Below, one piece after another: positions 1 through 12,617 of a stretch of 64,000 bases of DNA. The translations under genes and the position numbers were made by a program. The notes below the pieces were generated by a model, which was given only the letters and a program-made list of their open reading frames with translations, did no database searches and was not told the DNA's origin. Within the stretch, counting starts at the first letter, position 1, and each line of letters opens with the position of its first letter. Location of the stretch: NCBI GenBank assembly GCA_026026165.1, contig JAPEUD010000044.1, forward strand, positions 62,001-126,000, read 5' to 3'. Source of the stretch: Sarea resinae (lineage: Eukaryota).

Positions 1-1536
1 GGAGTGCTGGCCATGCCATCTGCTCTCTCACATATGGGCATACTCTTGGGCATATTCATCATACTCTGGGCGGGTGTCACTTCGGCCTTTGGGCTATATC
101 TCCAAGCTCGTTGCGCAAGGTATCTGGATCGAGGTTCTGCTTCATTCTTTGCTCTATCTCAAATCACCTATCCGAACGCTGCAGTTATCTTTGATGCAGC
201 TATCGCGATCAAGTGTTTTGGCGTCGGCGTTAGCTATCTGATCATCATTGGGGACCTCATGCCTGGCGTTGTGCGGGGTTTCAGTGAGCAAGCCAGCAAT
301 ATCGACTTCCTGGTCGATCGACACTTTTGGGTAACGGCCTTTATGTGAGTTCCAGCATTCGCCCTTGCAGCAGCCGAACGTTTACTGATAGAGACCAAAA
401 TAGGCTCGTCGTTATCCCTCTCTCTTTCCTACGACGTCTTGATTCTCTTAAATATACCAGTGTCATTGCCCTCATATCGATCGGCTATCTTGTGATCCTC
501 GTTGTGGCTCATTTCGTCAAGGGTGATACCATGCAAGAGCGAGGACCAATCCGTGTTATCAAATGGGAAGGGCCAGTTCCCGTGCTCAGTGCATTTCCCG
601 TCATCGTATTTGCTTATACGTGCCATCAAAATGTGGGTCGGAAGGATTGGAATCACTACCTGAAGCTTTCTATTACGTTGCTGACTATGCAATCTAATAG
701 ATGTTCTCAATACTGAATGAAATCCACGTCAACTCGCATTTCCGGACGACGGGCGTTATCTTCGCAAGTATTGGATCGGCTGCTGCAATTTACGTATTGG
801 TAGCCATTACTGGTTATCTTTCCTTTGGCAACAATGTTGGTGGGAATATCGTTGGCATGTGTAAGATACAACCACATTGATCCCCGACTCTATTGGACTC
901 GCAATACTAACAAGTCCCACAGACGGTCCCTCTATCGCGTCGACGATTGGTAAGGCAGCAATTGTTGTCCTGGTGATGTTCTCATATCCGCTTCAGGTGC
1001 ATCCCTGCCGAGCGTCTGTGGATGCTGTGCTAAAGTGGCGACCTATCAAAACAAACCGCCCGCCTCGGTCGGCCGATCCATCTCCCTCGCGATCCTTGCC
1101 TCTATTATCGACCCCCAGGGCGAGCAGCCAGCCTAGGCGGGATGTTATGGGCGAGACCCGATTTGCTGCCATCACAACAGCAATTATCGTGCTTAGCTAC
1201 GTCGTAGCAATCACCGTCTCCTCTCTCGAGACGGTGCTCGCGTACGTTGGGAGTACTGGTAGCACGAGCATAAGCTTTATCCTGCCGGGCCTGTTCTACT
1301 ACAAAATATCATCTCCAGACTCAGCCCACCGGCAGAGATTGATGAAGGAGGATGACGATGACGAATTCGACCCAAGTGAAGAGCACGATGACGGTCTTCA
1401 CAGTACGGGCGGGACTAGGTCTTCGGTCTGGCGAACGAAGCTGCTCAGGCGTTTGAGTCTTGCGTTGGCAATATATGGGTTTGTGGTCATGGGCGTCTGT
1501 CTGATTACGAACACTTTTTTCGTTGCGGCGCACTAG
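1..1536 (+). CDS. Vacuolar amino acid transporter, AVT5/AVT6-like (Aa_trans family); 5' end lies outside the window; 4 visible exons
   Basis: Spliced ORFs 4-348, 327-716 and 877-1536 plus an exon at ~701-859. Motifs: GVLAMP, AIAIKCFGVGVSYLIIIGDLMP, FAYTCHQN|MFSI, SYPLQVHPCR, VGSTGSTSISFILPG. Many hydrophobic helices. Confidence 0.92.
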
Positions 1537-1865
1537 TATACCATTTATCACCAAGCTTATATCCAGAAATTATATCACTCGTGATATATGTACTACACAC
1601 CACTCCAATAGTCCGTAAGGTGACAGTTCCTGTCCGCACCCTTGTATAGAGGTAACTTCAGAGGGCGACAATAGCTACACGGTGCAGGAAGCACAGATGA
1701 CCCAAGTTGCTCGGCGTCTCAATGTATACTGAAGCCCTTCCGTCTGTCCCGGACAACGAATCCACCTATCTCTATCATACAAAGCCATCTTTAGATGGCA
1801 ATCAGAACGCCGATGCACCATGCAGGTATGAACATCCTCCAATGCTTGGGGCGGAATAAATGAGA

Positions 1866-2461
1866 TCAAGGAGATTTTGGAGTCGTCGGATCAGGTTGCT
1901 TGACGCCGGGTCGATATTTGGGCTCTAACAGGCCGATCTGGAAAGGCGTTAGTAGGCTCTCGAAAGGAAGCAGCCAGCACTCCGAAACGTGGGATCGGGA
2001 GACCTGCCATTGAAAGCAATCGCCATGCCGGATCTGACGGCTGTGCTCCAACACCCAGCCAGTATTTGGCGCGTACGGAGTCTAGCCGGATGTCCTTGAA
2101 CGGCTTGCCCTCTCCATCGGCCGTGGGCTTCGGGATCGGATCGTAAGTGCCTGTAGCAAAAAGAAAAAAAAGGGTTCAGTCAGGCTTCTAGGCGTGTAAT
2201 TGCGTGTTCTGCAGATTGGTTCGAAGTGGATCGGTGAGGGCGGGCCGGGTAAGCATACCTAAGACTTCGATCGGCTTGCTATTTCTTGCTGTCCTAAACC
2301 ATGCACACACCAGCCGTGAGCCAAGAATTCCATCTTTCCTCTGTCTAGATACGCCGGAGGCGGGAGCTCCAGATATCGGCTTACCTTGCATGGGCCACGA
2401 CGATGTTGTAGAACGGCGCGTTGCGTTTCCCGAAACGCGCGAGCCGGATCTTGAGAACCAT
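1866..2461 (-). CDS. MRPS16: Mitochondrial small ribosomal subunit protein bS16m; 4 exons (2461-2385, 2293-2259, 2150-2008, 1937-1866)
   Basis: Manual splicing gives MVLKIRLARFGKRNAPFYNIVVAHAR|TARNSKPIEVLG|TYDPIPKP...KDIRLDSVRAKYWLGVGAQPSDPAWRLLSM|IGLLEPKY, which carries the S16 signature. Not called intact by the ORF track. Confidence 0.93.
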
Positions 2462-3066
2462 TGTTGGTGGCGGTGTGGGAGGAGCGTGCTTCTTGATGCT
2501 GCTCGATGCCGGCTGTGCACAAGGCTGCGAAGATTCCGATATCTTTCCTACAGCAGGAATGTGATGCGCGGAGATAATTGATGGGAGATTTTGAGGTGTC
2601 GCTTCGCCTAGGCTGGCTTCCTCGGGCCGCGCTTAACTCGTAGACGACACGCCAGAGGCGCGCGGCAGAGCTGGCCGTGATAGCCCGGTGTGTTTATCGA
2701 ATCGGCACCGGTCTTTGATGATTTCGGTGCTAGGATGATGACGTTAATCGTCTCGGAGGGCGGAACTCCAGTCTGCCTCCTCCTCCAAGACTTGCTGCCG
2801 CTGCTGAAGCTTGGGAGTGGAGTGGAGTGATATCTTGCCCGCCTTGGTGGGAGGTAGATGTACTTGAGTCGGTATGACGAGCCGATGACAGGCCTACCTC
2901 CAAATCCACGAATGATAGTACTAGCCGGAGGTCCATAGCTGCCCGTTGATGACGAGATCTATCTAGCCATATATCAATATTCGAAAGAGAAGAATCAAAT
3001 ACACACATACACATACCCATATACACACAATCCCCCACTTTGTCTATCTCAAACTATTTCTAGATC

Positions 3067-4290
3067 ATGGCGCTCAAGGTAGCACTCCTCGTAAAGGGCG
3101 AACCGCAATACCGAATGCTGAAACAAAGATTGGAAACTATCTAGACAATATCGGCCAAAAATGCCGCCGCCCTCGACAAAGATCTGATGAGCATCGGCGC
3201 CTTCTCCATCGATCAATTGATGGAGCTGGCCGGCTTATCTGTTTCACAGGCGGGTCCGTCCTTTTGCCATTCCTACCTCTCCATCTCCCTATATTACTAT
3301 TATACCCTGGCCGTCCATTGATTCGTTACGTACGTAGAGATACACATTCTGACTCCTCCCTTCCTCCAGTGTTCAGACTTCATCCTCCGAGTCAAGGCAG
3401 GAAGATACTTGTGGCCTGCGGTCCGGGAAACAACGGTACGCAAGAGTTCCCGCATGGTCTGAAAGCAGCGTGGGAAAATACCTAGTCGACGGCAAAAGTG
3501 CTGCAATCATACCCTTCCCTTCTGACCCGCATATTCTCTGTAATGCAGGTGGCGATGGACTCGTGGCCGCCCGTCATCTGTGGCATTACGGCTACAGGCC
3601 CACGATCTACTATCCCAAGCAGAGCAAGAACGAGTTATATCAGGTATATAAACACGCTACGGGGTTCTTTCTTTGCAGCATCTTTCATTTTTGTTCCCTC
3701 TCATCCTGGCTGATGATGTTTGGCGTGCACAGCGATTAGCAACTCAACTCAAGAACCTCGACGTTCCGTTCACGGAAGACTTCCATTCCGCGCTCGCAGA
3801 ATCCCATCACATCGTCGACGCTGTATTCGGTAAGTAGCAGACCAATGAACGGCCCGGCCCCAGCCCCATTTTTCCAGCTTGGATCTGAGACACATGTCAT
3901 TTTCCCCAGGCTTCAGTTTCTCGGGCGAAGTTCGCGAGCCTTTCCCTTCCGTCATCGAGGCCCTGGCATCGACCTCCTTGCCTGTGACTTCGGTCGACGC
4001 GCCTTCTTCCTGGAACATCGAGAGCGGACCTCCCGATTCGGGACCGGGCAAAGGATTCCAGCCGGCTGCCCTGGTGAGTCTGACGGCTCCGAAGCCGTTG
4101 GTCAAGTGGTTCAAAGGCCGTCACTTTGTTGGCGGAAGGTAAGTACAACCAGGCCCGATCTTTATTCGCTTCTAATCGAGATTCTAGGTTTGTCAGTCCA
4201 CAGATCGCTAGTAAGTATGGCATAGATGTTCCAGAGTATGAGGGAATAGATCAGATAGTAGAGATTGGGCAGAACGGGGAGAAGTTGTAG
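3067..4290 (+). CDS. NNR1: NAD(P)H-hydrate epimerase (YjeF_N domain); 7 exons
   Basis: Spliced: [40 protein letters not shown]|...[21 protein letters not shown]...[18 protein letters not shown]...SVDAPSSW...LVSLTAPK...HFVGGR|FV...GEKL*. Confidence 0.93.
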
Positions 4291-4497
4291 ATTAGCTGTT
4301 TTTCTCCCTATTGTTGTGCTATAGCTCACCAAAAAAATCCACTCTCTCAGTAAAGAATATTGCAATGAGATATTGATAGATATCTGAGGATGTAGATTGT
4401 TCATTATATATGATAATACATATCTTGAAGCTCGAAGAGAGCCAAAGAGATGACAGAGAACATAGACAAAACATTATAGCTTTGGAAGGCATTGATT

Positions 4498-7085
4498 CTA
4501 TAGAAGCGTGATAGGCTGACCCCGCCCATACTCAAACTCCTGAAACGGGCCATACCGTCTCGGCAAGTTTGATGACGGCGGCGGGGCCTCCACACTGTCG
4601 AGTAAGGCCTCAAACGTCGCACGAAATTCGTCCGTGACATCGCCCTCCCTGGCCTGAAGGAGATCGAGAGCGGTAAATCCATCCTGATTGCGGGCGTGGA
4701 TATCGAGATCCTTGAGCCGAGCACGGCGTAAGATTTCCAGAGTCTCCAGATTGACGGTCCGGAAATCGGCGGCCGTATGGAGCACCGTGTAGAGGCGGGC
4801 GTTGGCGCGGGTGTAGTCGATGCTTGAGTGGTTCAAGAGTAAGGCAAGGACTTTATTGGAACCGGTCTGGATGGCGGTGGAGACAATTGAGTCGCCATGC
4901 TTGTCGACGTTGTTGACATCGGCACCACGAGCGATGAGATGCGCTGCAACAATGTCGCGGTCCTTGAGAGCTGTGCGAGAGAGGGCCGTCTGGCCGCCCA
5001 GACCCCCCCATTCGCGAAGGTCGAGCTCGCACCCGGCGACGAGAAGCGGTTCGATGAAGCCGAGGTCGTTGTGGTGGTACGCGGCATGGTGCAGAGCAGT
5101 GAACCCGTGCTGTTTGTCTGGCGATACGTCGACACGGCTGTGGAGGAGGATCTGCAAGCTCGAAGGGTCTTTGGTAAATGTCGCGTGCCCTAGAGGCGTA
5201 CAATGCTCAAAGTCGGGGATGTCTGGGTCGGCGCGATATTGGAGCAGTAAGCGGAGCGCGTCATTATTGTTTCGCTGGGCAGCCCATGATATAGCGGTAT
5301 ATCCTAGGCGGTCTTGAGCGTTGATATTGACCTCGGGTCGTTTTAGCTCGTCCTCTAGGCTGCCTTGTTCAAGGCCGAGGATAATTCGATGGAGCACAGG
5401 GAGATCTAGCTCTTCAGCGTCGATGCCGTCTCCTTCCCAAAACATGGATTTTAAAGCATCCAAAATTTCAGGGGTGAAGAATGGTAGCCCTCCAAGAAAA
5501 CGCTCTCGAGCTAGGTGAACAGGAGCACTGCATATAGCATTTAGCGATAGATGGCGCTCTCCTGAATAGTCCTCACTGACCGTCCGTGATCGTCCTCAAT
5601 CTCCGGGTCCGCGCCAGCATCTAAAAGGAGTTTGCACATGTCTATTCGGCCGCGGTCCACGGCCCACTGTTTACTTCAAGTCAGCCTTGATCAATTGTGT
5701 TGCAAAGGAAAGACCGACATCAAGCAGGGTTTGACCACGGCCAACTTCTAAATCATTTGGAGAGATCCTTTTGTGATGGATAAGGTACTCTAGTCCTATA
5801 AAGTCCCCTGCCGCGATCCGACGGAACGGTTCTTGGTCTGTTGCATAATTGCGGATCTTAACAACGATGGTGAGCGCCGAGTTCCGGCTTTGCCAGGCCA
5901 TCAGCGCCATGGCCTTAGCAAGGAACCACCGAGGGAAAATATAGGTGGCTTGTAGATTAAGAGTCATGCTGTTGCGACAAGATGGTTCAGAACAACAAGA
6001 GCTGCCAACTAGCCTTCCCGAATAGCCAACAAATAGCTTTCCGACAATTCTGGTCAAGAAATTTGCACTCTGTATCCGATGCTTCTGGTGGCAAGTGCAG
6101 GGGCAATCAGGACTGCACCCAGCCCTCTGCCTTGTGTGAACGCGAACAATGGCATGCGTCGAGTTGAGAATCTGCGTCGTGGAGACTTCGGCCCTCTTCA
6201 ATGGTGCGGATTCCTCTTCCGTTGCTGAATGTGAGGCTTGTTTATCGGGCAAGATGCCCGCATACAAGTCCTGGAATCTCTCGTGCAGCTCTTCGATGTC
6301 TTGAGCAGCAGAAGTAATGCGGCTAGTATGGTCCATCACCTGGTCCAGCAGGGCGGCAGCAGCAGCGATACTCTCGGCAGAAGATTCTCCTTTCATCAGA
6401 TTCGCCTGCTCGGTCAGCAACTGTGCATTTCGAAATGTTACTTGTTGCTTGACCCCGTTTCCCGTGTCAGGGGTAGTTGTTGACCTCGTACGCTGGGGCG
6501 CCATCCCACTCCTCTGCGAGGGACCTTGGCGCTGGCTGGTTGCCGAGTTGACGAAAGAAACTTGATCTAGGATAACCTGAACGGAGTAGTTTCCTTGTCT
6601 GGAAAAGATATTGTATCAGCATCATAGCACATGAAGAGACCTAATCAAGTTTTAAAAAAAGAGACTAGGGTCTCAAACGTGGATCGAGCTGCCAGTATTG
6701 TGCCCAAGTTGATCCGAATATCGCGCAGCTCTTCTTGCAGCTCTTTTGCCTTCTTTCTCTTGGAAACCGCCCATTTGATTCGCTGGGCCGAGACGGTGTC
6801 ATCTGGCCGAATATTGATCAGCTCATCGACGAACTTATCCAGATTATTGAGCTTGATTCGCGCGCTAATCAGCAATTTGGTCAGTGATTCTGATGTCGTT
6901 CGCACGAGGTTGGTCTCTCGATCTAGCATCTCGACATCGGAGAGGACGATTTTCAAATCGGCTACCTCATTTGACAGGGCGATCAGTTCATCTGGTGCGT
7001 TGTGCATGGACTTGATGAGTCTCCCCAGCTTGCCAAACGCTGACACCAACGTTAGCAGGCTGGCGGCGAAACCGACAGGGTCCAT
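4498..7085 (-). CDS. Protein with an N-terminal HeLo-like (fungal STAND N-terminal) domain, a Cys/His motif and C-terminal ankyrin repeats; 4 exons
   Basis: N-terminus MDPVGFAASLLTLVSAFGKL...APDELIALSNEVADL...RIKWA. Middle CSPDCPCTCH...YIFPRWF. Ankyrin repeats (GYTAISWAA, CTPLGHAT, GFTALHHAA, GQTALSRT, YTVLHTAA, GFTALDLL). Introns 6678-6599, 5718-5667 and ~5580-5529 join the ORFs in frame. Confidence 0.8.
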
Positions 7086-8822
7086 ATCAAATGTGAAATG
7101 ACAATGCGGTCTGAAAGTAGGTATAATGCTACATTCCAAGATGGCAGACCTTTTGTGAAGGCAAACGGGGCCATGATCTAATTAAAATGACCCCGTGTCA
7201 ACTACAGACGATGTTTTCCTTGGAGGGTGTTAGAAGGAGTCTCAAGTATGGCCGGCCGAACGAACTCAACAAACAGGGCGCGCGAGTTGGAGTTGGAGGC
7301 GCGACGGTTGAGCCAATAGCTTCTAGCTTCAGCATCGAGATCCAAGTACAGCTATAGTAAACGACCTCTAGAGAGATGGAAAGAGGACAGACAGAAGACA
7401 GAAGAAAGAAGATGATGTCCCGCTTATGGCGTGCAACACGTCAGATGTGATATTCATGGTGGTTGCAAATGCCAATTCACGACAGGGCGTCGACTCTGAT
7501 CGAAGAAGGCTGAGGAGGTGGCTTGGCCCATCTCACGGGCAGCCCTCTTCGGACAGGCCAATGAGCACCTGGACGAGGCCAATGCCCGATTGCCCTGCGC
7601 AGGACCGTTCAGATGATGCATTGCGTTCCACTCGAGTCGACTGCAGTCCGCAGTCTGCTCTCGGTACTCTACAGTCTGCAGTCTACGACTACCGTCGGCA
7701 GTGGTCACACAGAGTGACGCGGACGCGAGAGAGTGGGTGGGCGAGGTGGGCCAGTTCGCTTGCACCCGATCATCCATGGCTCAGGTAGACGATCAATGAC
7801 ACCTTCGTTCCCTTCCCGATAGATACTGCGTAGACCAGAGTCTTTCTGGATGCAGCGTCGTCCTTGGCCTGGTCCCTGTCCTTTTTGGAATTGAATTCCA
7901 TTGCTTTGGCTGTCCTCCCTGTGGCTTTGATCGGTCAGATCCAAAGATCCAATCATACAATGCTGGCAGACTGGCAGGCTTCTCTTCCTCTTTGTTGTCA
8001 TGGCCCTGAGATACCTCGGTTCGAACGAGTCTTCCTACTTCGTACCAGAGTCGCTCTGTAACTTCGTACTCGACGCAGTCTGCCTTAGCACGTTTGGCGG
8101 TGCAGCGACGTACTTCAGTATTGCTGCGTAGCGACCATCGGGCATTTAGCCTCCCAAGTAGTTGCGTTACCTAAGGCTAAGCTCAGAGCCCGAGGTTGCC
8201 TTGACACTTGCTGCCGCGCGCCCCTGCGTTCGATTAAATACGGAATCCGGTACCAAGTAAAGCAAGGTGGTCGAGGGAAGCTTCTGCGGGCCCCGATGTC
8301 AGCGACTCCCGTGAACCCAGTGAATCCAGTCTCGTCTTCGTGAATCCAGCAGTCCACCCGCCATATCGACCATCACGACGAACCGCGAAGAAGAACGTCT
8401 ACCTGCATTCGATGATGGGGGCTACCCGTTGAAGGACGATTCACGCTCTTTCGTCAACACAATCCCCCCTCTTCCATCCCCAGCTGCAGCGCCTGCCATG
8501 GCTCAAACGACGTAACGGGTCCATCGACAGCAGAGTGCCTCACGCCATCACCACCAGCCATCTGTTCGACTCTCCGGTCGTTGGACTCGAGCAAGCGTTC
8601 AACGACCGCGAGACTCTTTGTCCTCCGCGTTCGGTCGCGTTGCTTACTCCTCGGTTTTCGACCCGTTGTGGCGGAAAAAGGGTTGTGCCCATATTGACAG
8701 GAGAAGAAGGACGAAAAGAAAAGGAAAGGAAGGAAAAAGTCAAGAAGAAGGACGGGTGGGTTAAGGGTTGGACTCTGATCGCCGGTCGCTTCTCGCTCGC
8801 TGCGTAATTGACTCGATCAAGA

Positions 8823-9931
8823 ATGTATGTGGTGTAATCCTGGGGTAGAGGCCGGGTCTGCAAGTTACCTAACCGTCGTAAACCGGGCAGGAGAGATTAT
8901 CAGATTGTTGTCTTGGGCGCAGGTACAGGACCCCGAACGCGAAATGTGCTTGGTGCCCAACAACGTCCTGATATCGTCTCTTGAATCATAGGTGGTGTTG
9001 GGAAGAGTTGTCTGACCGGTATGTCTGGATCGGCGTTCCTTGTTTCTGGCTCGGCGATCTCTTTGGCGAAGGCTGACATTGACATGCCCATGCTCGTAGC
9101 CCAATTCGTACAAAACGTCTGGATCGAGAGTTATGATCCGACCATAGAAGACTCGTACAGGAAACAGATCGAGGTCGATGTGAGCATCGACGTATTCTTC
9201 TATGCCTCTGCGAATACTAATCCATCCATACTAGGGGCGCCAGTGTGTTCTTGAAATGTATGAGCGACTCCAACTGGCATCAAAGCTACACCTACTAACG
9301 TTCAGAAGATTAGACACTGCAGGGACGGAACAATTTAGTAAGCTGATAACAAAGGAATTATATTTGGTGCTAATTGTATTCGCAGCTGCAATGAGGTGCC
9401 CGCTCCCAGACGTTGCCACACGAATTTGAAAACGCTAACATGTAGCCTTCATGCAGAGAGCTCTACATGAAATCAGGTAAGGTGCCATCACAATGCATCA
9501 CAAACTATGGACTGACCACTTTAGGGCAAGGGTTTCTCCTCGTCTTCTCAATCACAAGTGCCAGTAGTTTTAGTGAACTCTCTGAGCTCCGAGACCAGAT
9601 CATACGAATCAAAGAGGATGAAAATGTCCCTCTTGTGATCGTTGGGAACAAGTCCGACCTGAATGAGAATCGGGCCGTTTCACGCAATGAAGCTTTCATG
9701 CTTTCACGAAGCTGGAAGAATGTGCCGTATTACGAGACGTCGGCGAGGAGGCGGGAAAATGTCGACGAGGTCTTCAAGGATGCTTGCCGGCAAATCATCC
9801 TCAGGGAGAACGCCATGGAAAAATCGCACCATCGTTCAGACCATGCGAGGCAGGCGCACAGGAGACCTCGGCCGAGCCGACATCAGAGGCGGCGAGCCCG
9901 TGGTGATCAACAACGGTGTACAATATTATAG
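8823..9931 (+). CDS. RSR1: Ras/Rap-family GTPase Rsr1/Bud1-like; 9 coding exons
   Basis: Spliced: MRDYQIVVLGAG|GVGKSCLT|AQFVQNVWIESYDPTIEDSYRKQIEVD|GRQCVLEI|LDTAGTEQF|TAMR|ELYMKSG|QGFLLVFSIT...VGNKSDL...ETSA. Ends in the CaaX box CTIL. DTAGTEQ is the Rap/Rsr1-type motif. Confidence 0.92.
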
Positions 9932-10161
9932 CATCACGTCCAAAAAAAGAAAAACAAGGGAAAATTGCACATCCATGTCCTGGAGCTATGTATTCTTTTT
10001 ATTTGAGATGATCTCAGGAACACAGCTTTTGAGGCTTGGTTGTTCGGCTGGCATGTCTTGCAGCTCATAGTCCTGATGATAGACCACACAGAGTTGGAAG
10101 AACAAAGCAACAAATTTCAATGGCAGAAAAAAATCCTTAGCTTGAAAATCATATATTATCA

Positions 10162-12194
10162 CTACATTCTGAACACGCCAAACTGGGTTGGTGAGTGGTC
10201 TGTCCGTCCACCGAGTGCAGCCTGCAATCCAAGCCCGAGCATTGTCCGGGTGTGAGAAGGAGGTATAATACCATCATCCCATAGTCTCGCCGAAGAAAAC
10301 TTCGCCTGACTCTCTCGTTCTATTCGTCCCTTCAATTCCGGATTCACTGATTTCCCTACTGTTTGCATGACGGCACTTAGCTGCTCCGAGCCCATGACTC
10401 CGATCTTCGCGTTCGGCCACATCCAAAGGAAGCGTGGGGAAAAAGCGCGACCACTGTGAGGAAACATTAGTCAAGGCAGACAACCACAGCGGTTCAAAGA
10501 AACATACCACATTCCGTAGTTACCTGCGCCGGCGCTGGATCCAAATACAACAGTGAACTTGGGAACATTGGCACACGCGACGGCGGTTACGAGCTTGGCC
10601 CCATTCTTGGCTATTCCCCCTTTCTCTGCTTCGGCTCCTACCATAAAGCCACTGATATTCTGGAGGAATACCAATGGAATGTTCCTCTGAGTACATAATT
10701 GTATGAAATGAGCACCTTTGAGTGACGATTCGGAAAAGAGTATGCCGTTGTTGGCGATAATGCCCACTTGCTGCCCAAAGATACGACCGAAACCTGCAAC
10801 GTATAAGCTGGCTTTCATCGGTCTTCAAGCAGCCATAGACTTGCCTGTGACCAGAGTGCTTCCATAGTCTTTCTTGAACTCTGAGAAGGTGCTCCCATCT
10901 ACTATCCTGGCAATGACCTCATGCACAGGGATAGGCCTTCGTAGGTTTGTTCCAACAATACCATCGAGTTCTTCGGGGTCGTATAGCGGTTCCTCCCAGC
11001 TCTCGACCCCAATTTTCTCTTTCGGCCAATTGAGATTGCTTACGGAGCGTCTCGCGAGGACCAGAGCATGGGCATCATCGACGGCAAGATAATCTGTGAC
11101 GCCTGAGATTGAGCTATGGAGCCGGCCACCGCCGAGGTCTTCAGCGCTAACAACCTCGCCGGTGGCAGCTTTGACCAGTGGAGGACCAGCCAAAAATATA
11201 TGGCCTTGATTCTCGACAATAATGGATTCGTCAGACATCGATGGGACATATGCTCCGCCTGCAGTGCAAGGTCCCATGACTACTGATATCTGAGGGATGC
11301 CCACGGAACTCACTTGTGACGTTAGTGGTTACAGCAAGCGGAAAGGAGGGAAATTCATTACTTCTGGCTTGGTTGTAGAAAATCCTCCCAAAGTGTTCTC
11401 TATCAGGGAAGACGTCTGCTTGGTGAGGAAGATTGGCTCCTCCTGAATCGACCAAGTAGATGCAGGGTAGTCCTATGCCACATTAGATGATAAACTTCAA
11501 GCATGGTCAGCCACTTACTGTTCTCTTCTGCGACAGCCTGGGCTCTCAGATGCTTTTTAACCGTGATAGGATAATATGTCCCTCCTTTAACGCTGACCGA
11601 AAGGATTAAATTTAGCTATCGAAGGCGATTTTGACTGGGAGCCTTACGTGCTATCATTGGCAATGACCATACAATCCACGCCTTCAACCGTACCGATACC
11701 GGTAATAATGGCACCGGCAGGAACATCTTCCCCCGGATAAAGTTCATGAGCAGCCAGGGGCGAAAGCTCAAGGAACGAGGTGCCCGGATCTATGAGAGCG
11801 GATATCCGACTGCGAGAGAGATTCAAGTCAGTCTCGATTATTCTGTTCGTATTGAGGGCCTTACACACTCCCGTGGAAGCATTTTGCCCCTTGATAGATG
11901 CTTGTCTCGAGCCTTCTGAGATCCGCCCTGTGCGATCCTGGCATGCAATTTACTCAAGTCATCCTTCAACTCGCCCATCTGCCGTGCATTCTCCTGGAAC
12001 TCTGCTGACGAGACATCTACTGCTGTTGGAAGAATTGAGATGGCGGCTGCCTGATGCGCGTAAGTATGCGTTGCGATGAATCTGCGCGGTTGTTGGTGGT
12101 GAAGGTGGCGTGGAGGGACTGCTATCTCTCTCCGGGGGCATAATCTTCGCGAAGCTCGCCTGAAGAGCGCTCGAGGAACGGCGCCGGAAGCCAT
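10162..12194 (-). CDS. mccB: 3-methylcrotonyl-CoA carboxylase beta (carboxyltransferase) subunit, mitochondrial; multi-exon
   Basis: Arg-rich presequence. Motifs [78 protein letters not shown], ending FGVFRM*. Confidence 0.96.
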
Positions 12195-12617
12195 CTTTCA
12201 GAGACCCGTCCTATTCAGTGGTGCGCTGAGGATCACTGGTGATTGTCGTGTCGCTCTGGTTCCATGCAGTATTGCTGAGCCAGGGAGATAACAGCATTTG
12301 GCTCTCAGCGACAGACGAGAGGAGACATGATTTAGTGATTCGTATTGTCTGATTGACATTGAGTTGGGTGGTGAGGTGGTGAGTTCCAGACCCGAGGCCA
12401 GTCCCTGGCGGGGGGGCCGATGCTAGCCGCGGGATGTGGGGTCCCCGGATTCGATTACGAGACTACTACCGAACATGAATGGGACCTGAGTCTTCTGGCG
12501 AACCATAAGTCGTCTATTCCCGTTTCGATATTGAAGGTATTTGACTCTCTTTATATGCTTGCACGCCTCTTCGTTCTTCGAGAGAGGCTGATCATTTCTG
12601 AATCTTCGAGGGTAGAC
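12195..12617. promoter_or_regulatory. Short bidirectional promoter shared by mccB and ivdA
   Basis: Head-to-head start codons with 423 bp between them. Contains CCGAGG (12392-12397) and GC-rich SYGGRG-like boxes (~12408, ~12436). Confidence 0.6.

Noticed and set aside
2735..2807. ATGATGA ... CTGA spacing resembling a box C/D snoRNA in the MRPS16/NNR1 intergenic region
   Set aside because: No convincing terminal stem and no rRNA-complementary guide that I could recognise. A snoscan/Infernal search would be needed.
4820..5518. Several plus-strand ORFs over the ankyrin exon
   Set aside because: Antisense shadows of a GC-rich coding exon, with no recognisable domains.
6555..6590. AAACTTGATCTAGGATAA resembles the core of fungal TPP riboswitches
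   Set aside because: It lacks the upstream CTGAGA and downstream ACCAGCG elements, lies antisense within a coding exon of the HeLo-like/ankyrin gene (VQVILDQVSF), and no thiamine gene is nearby.
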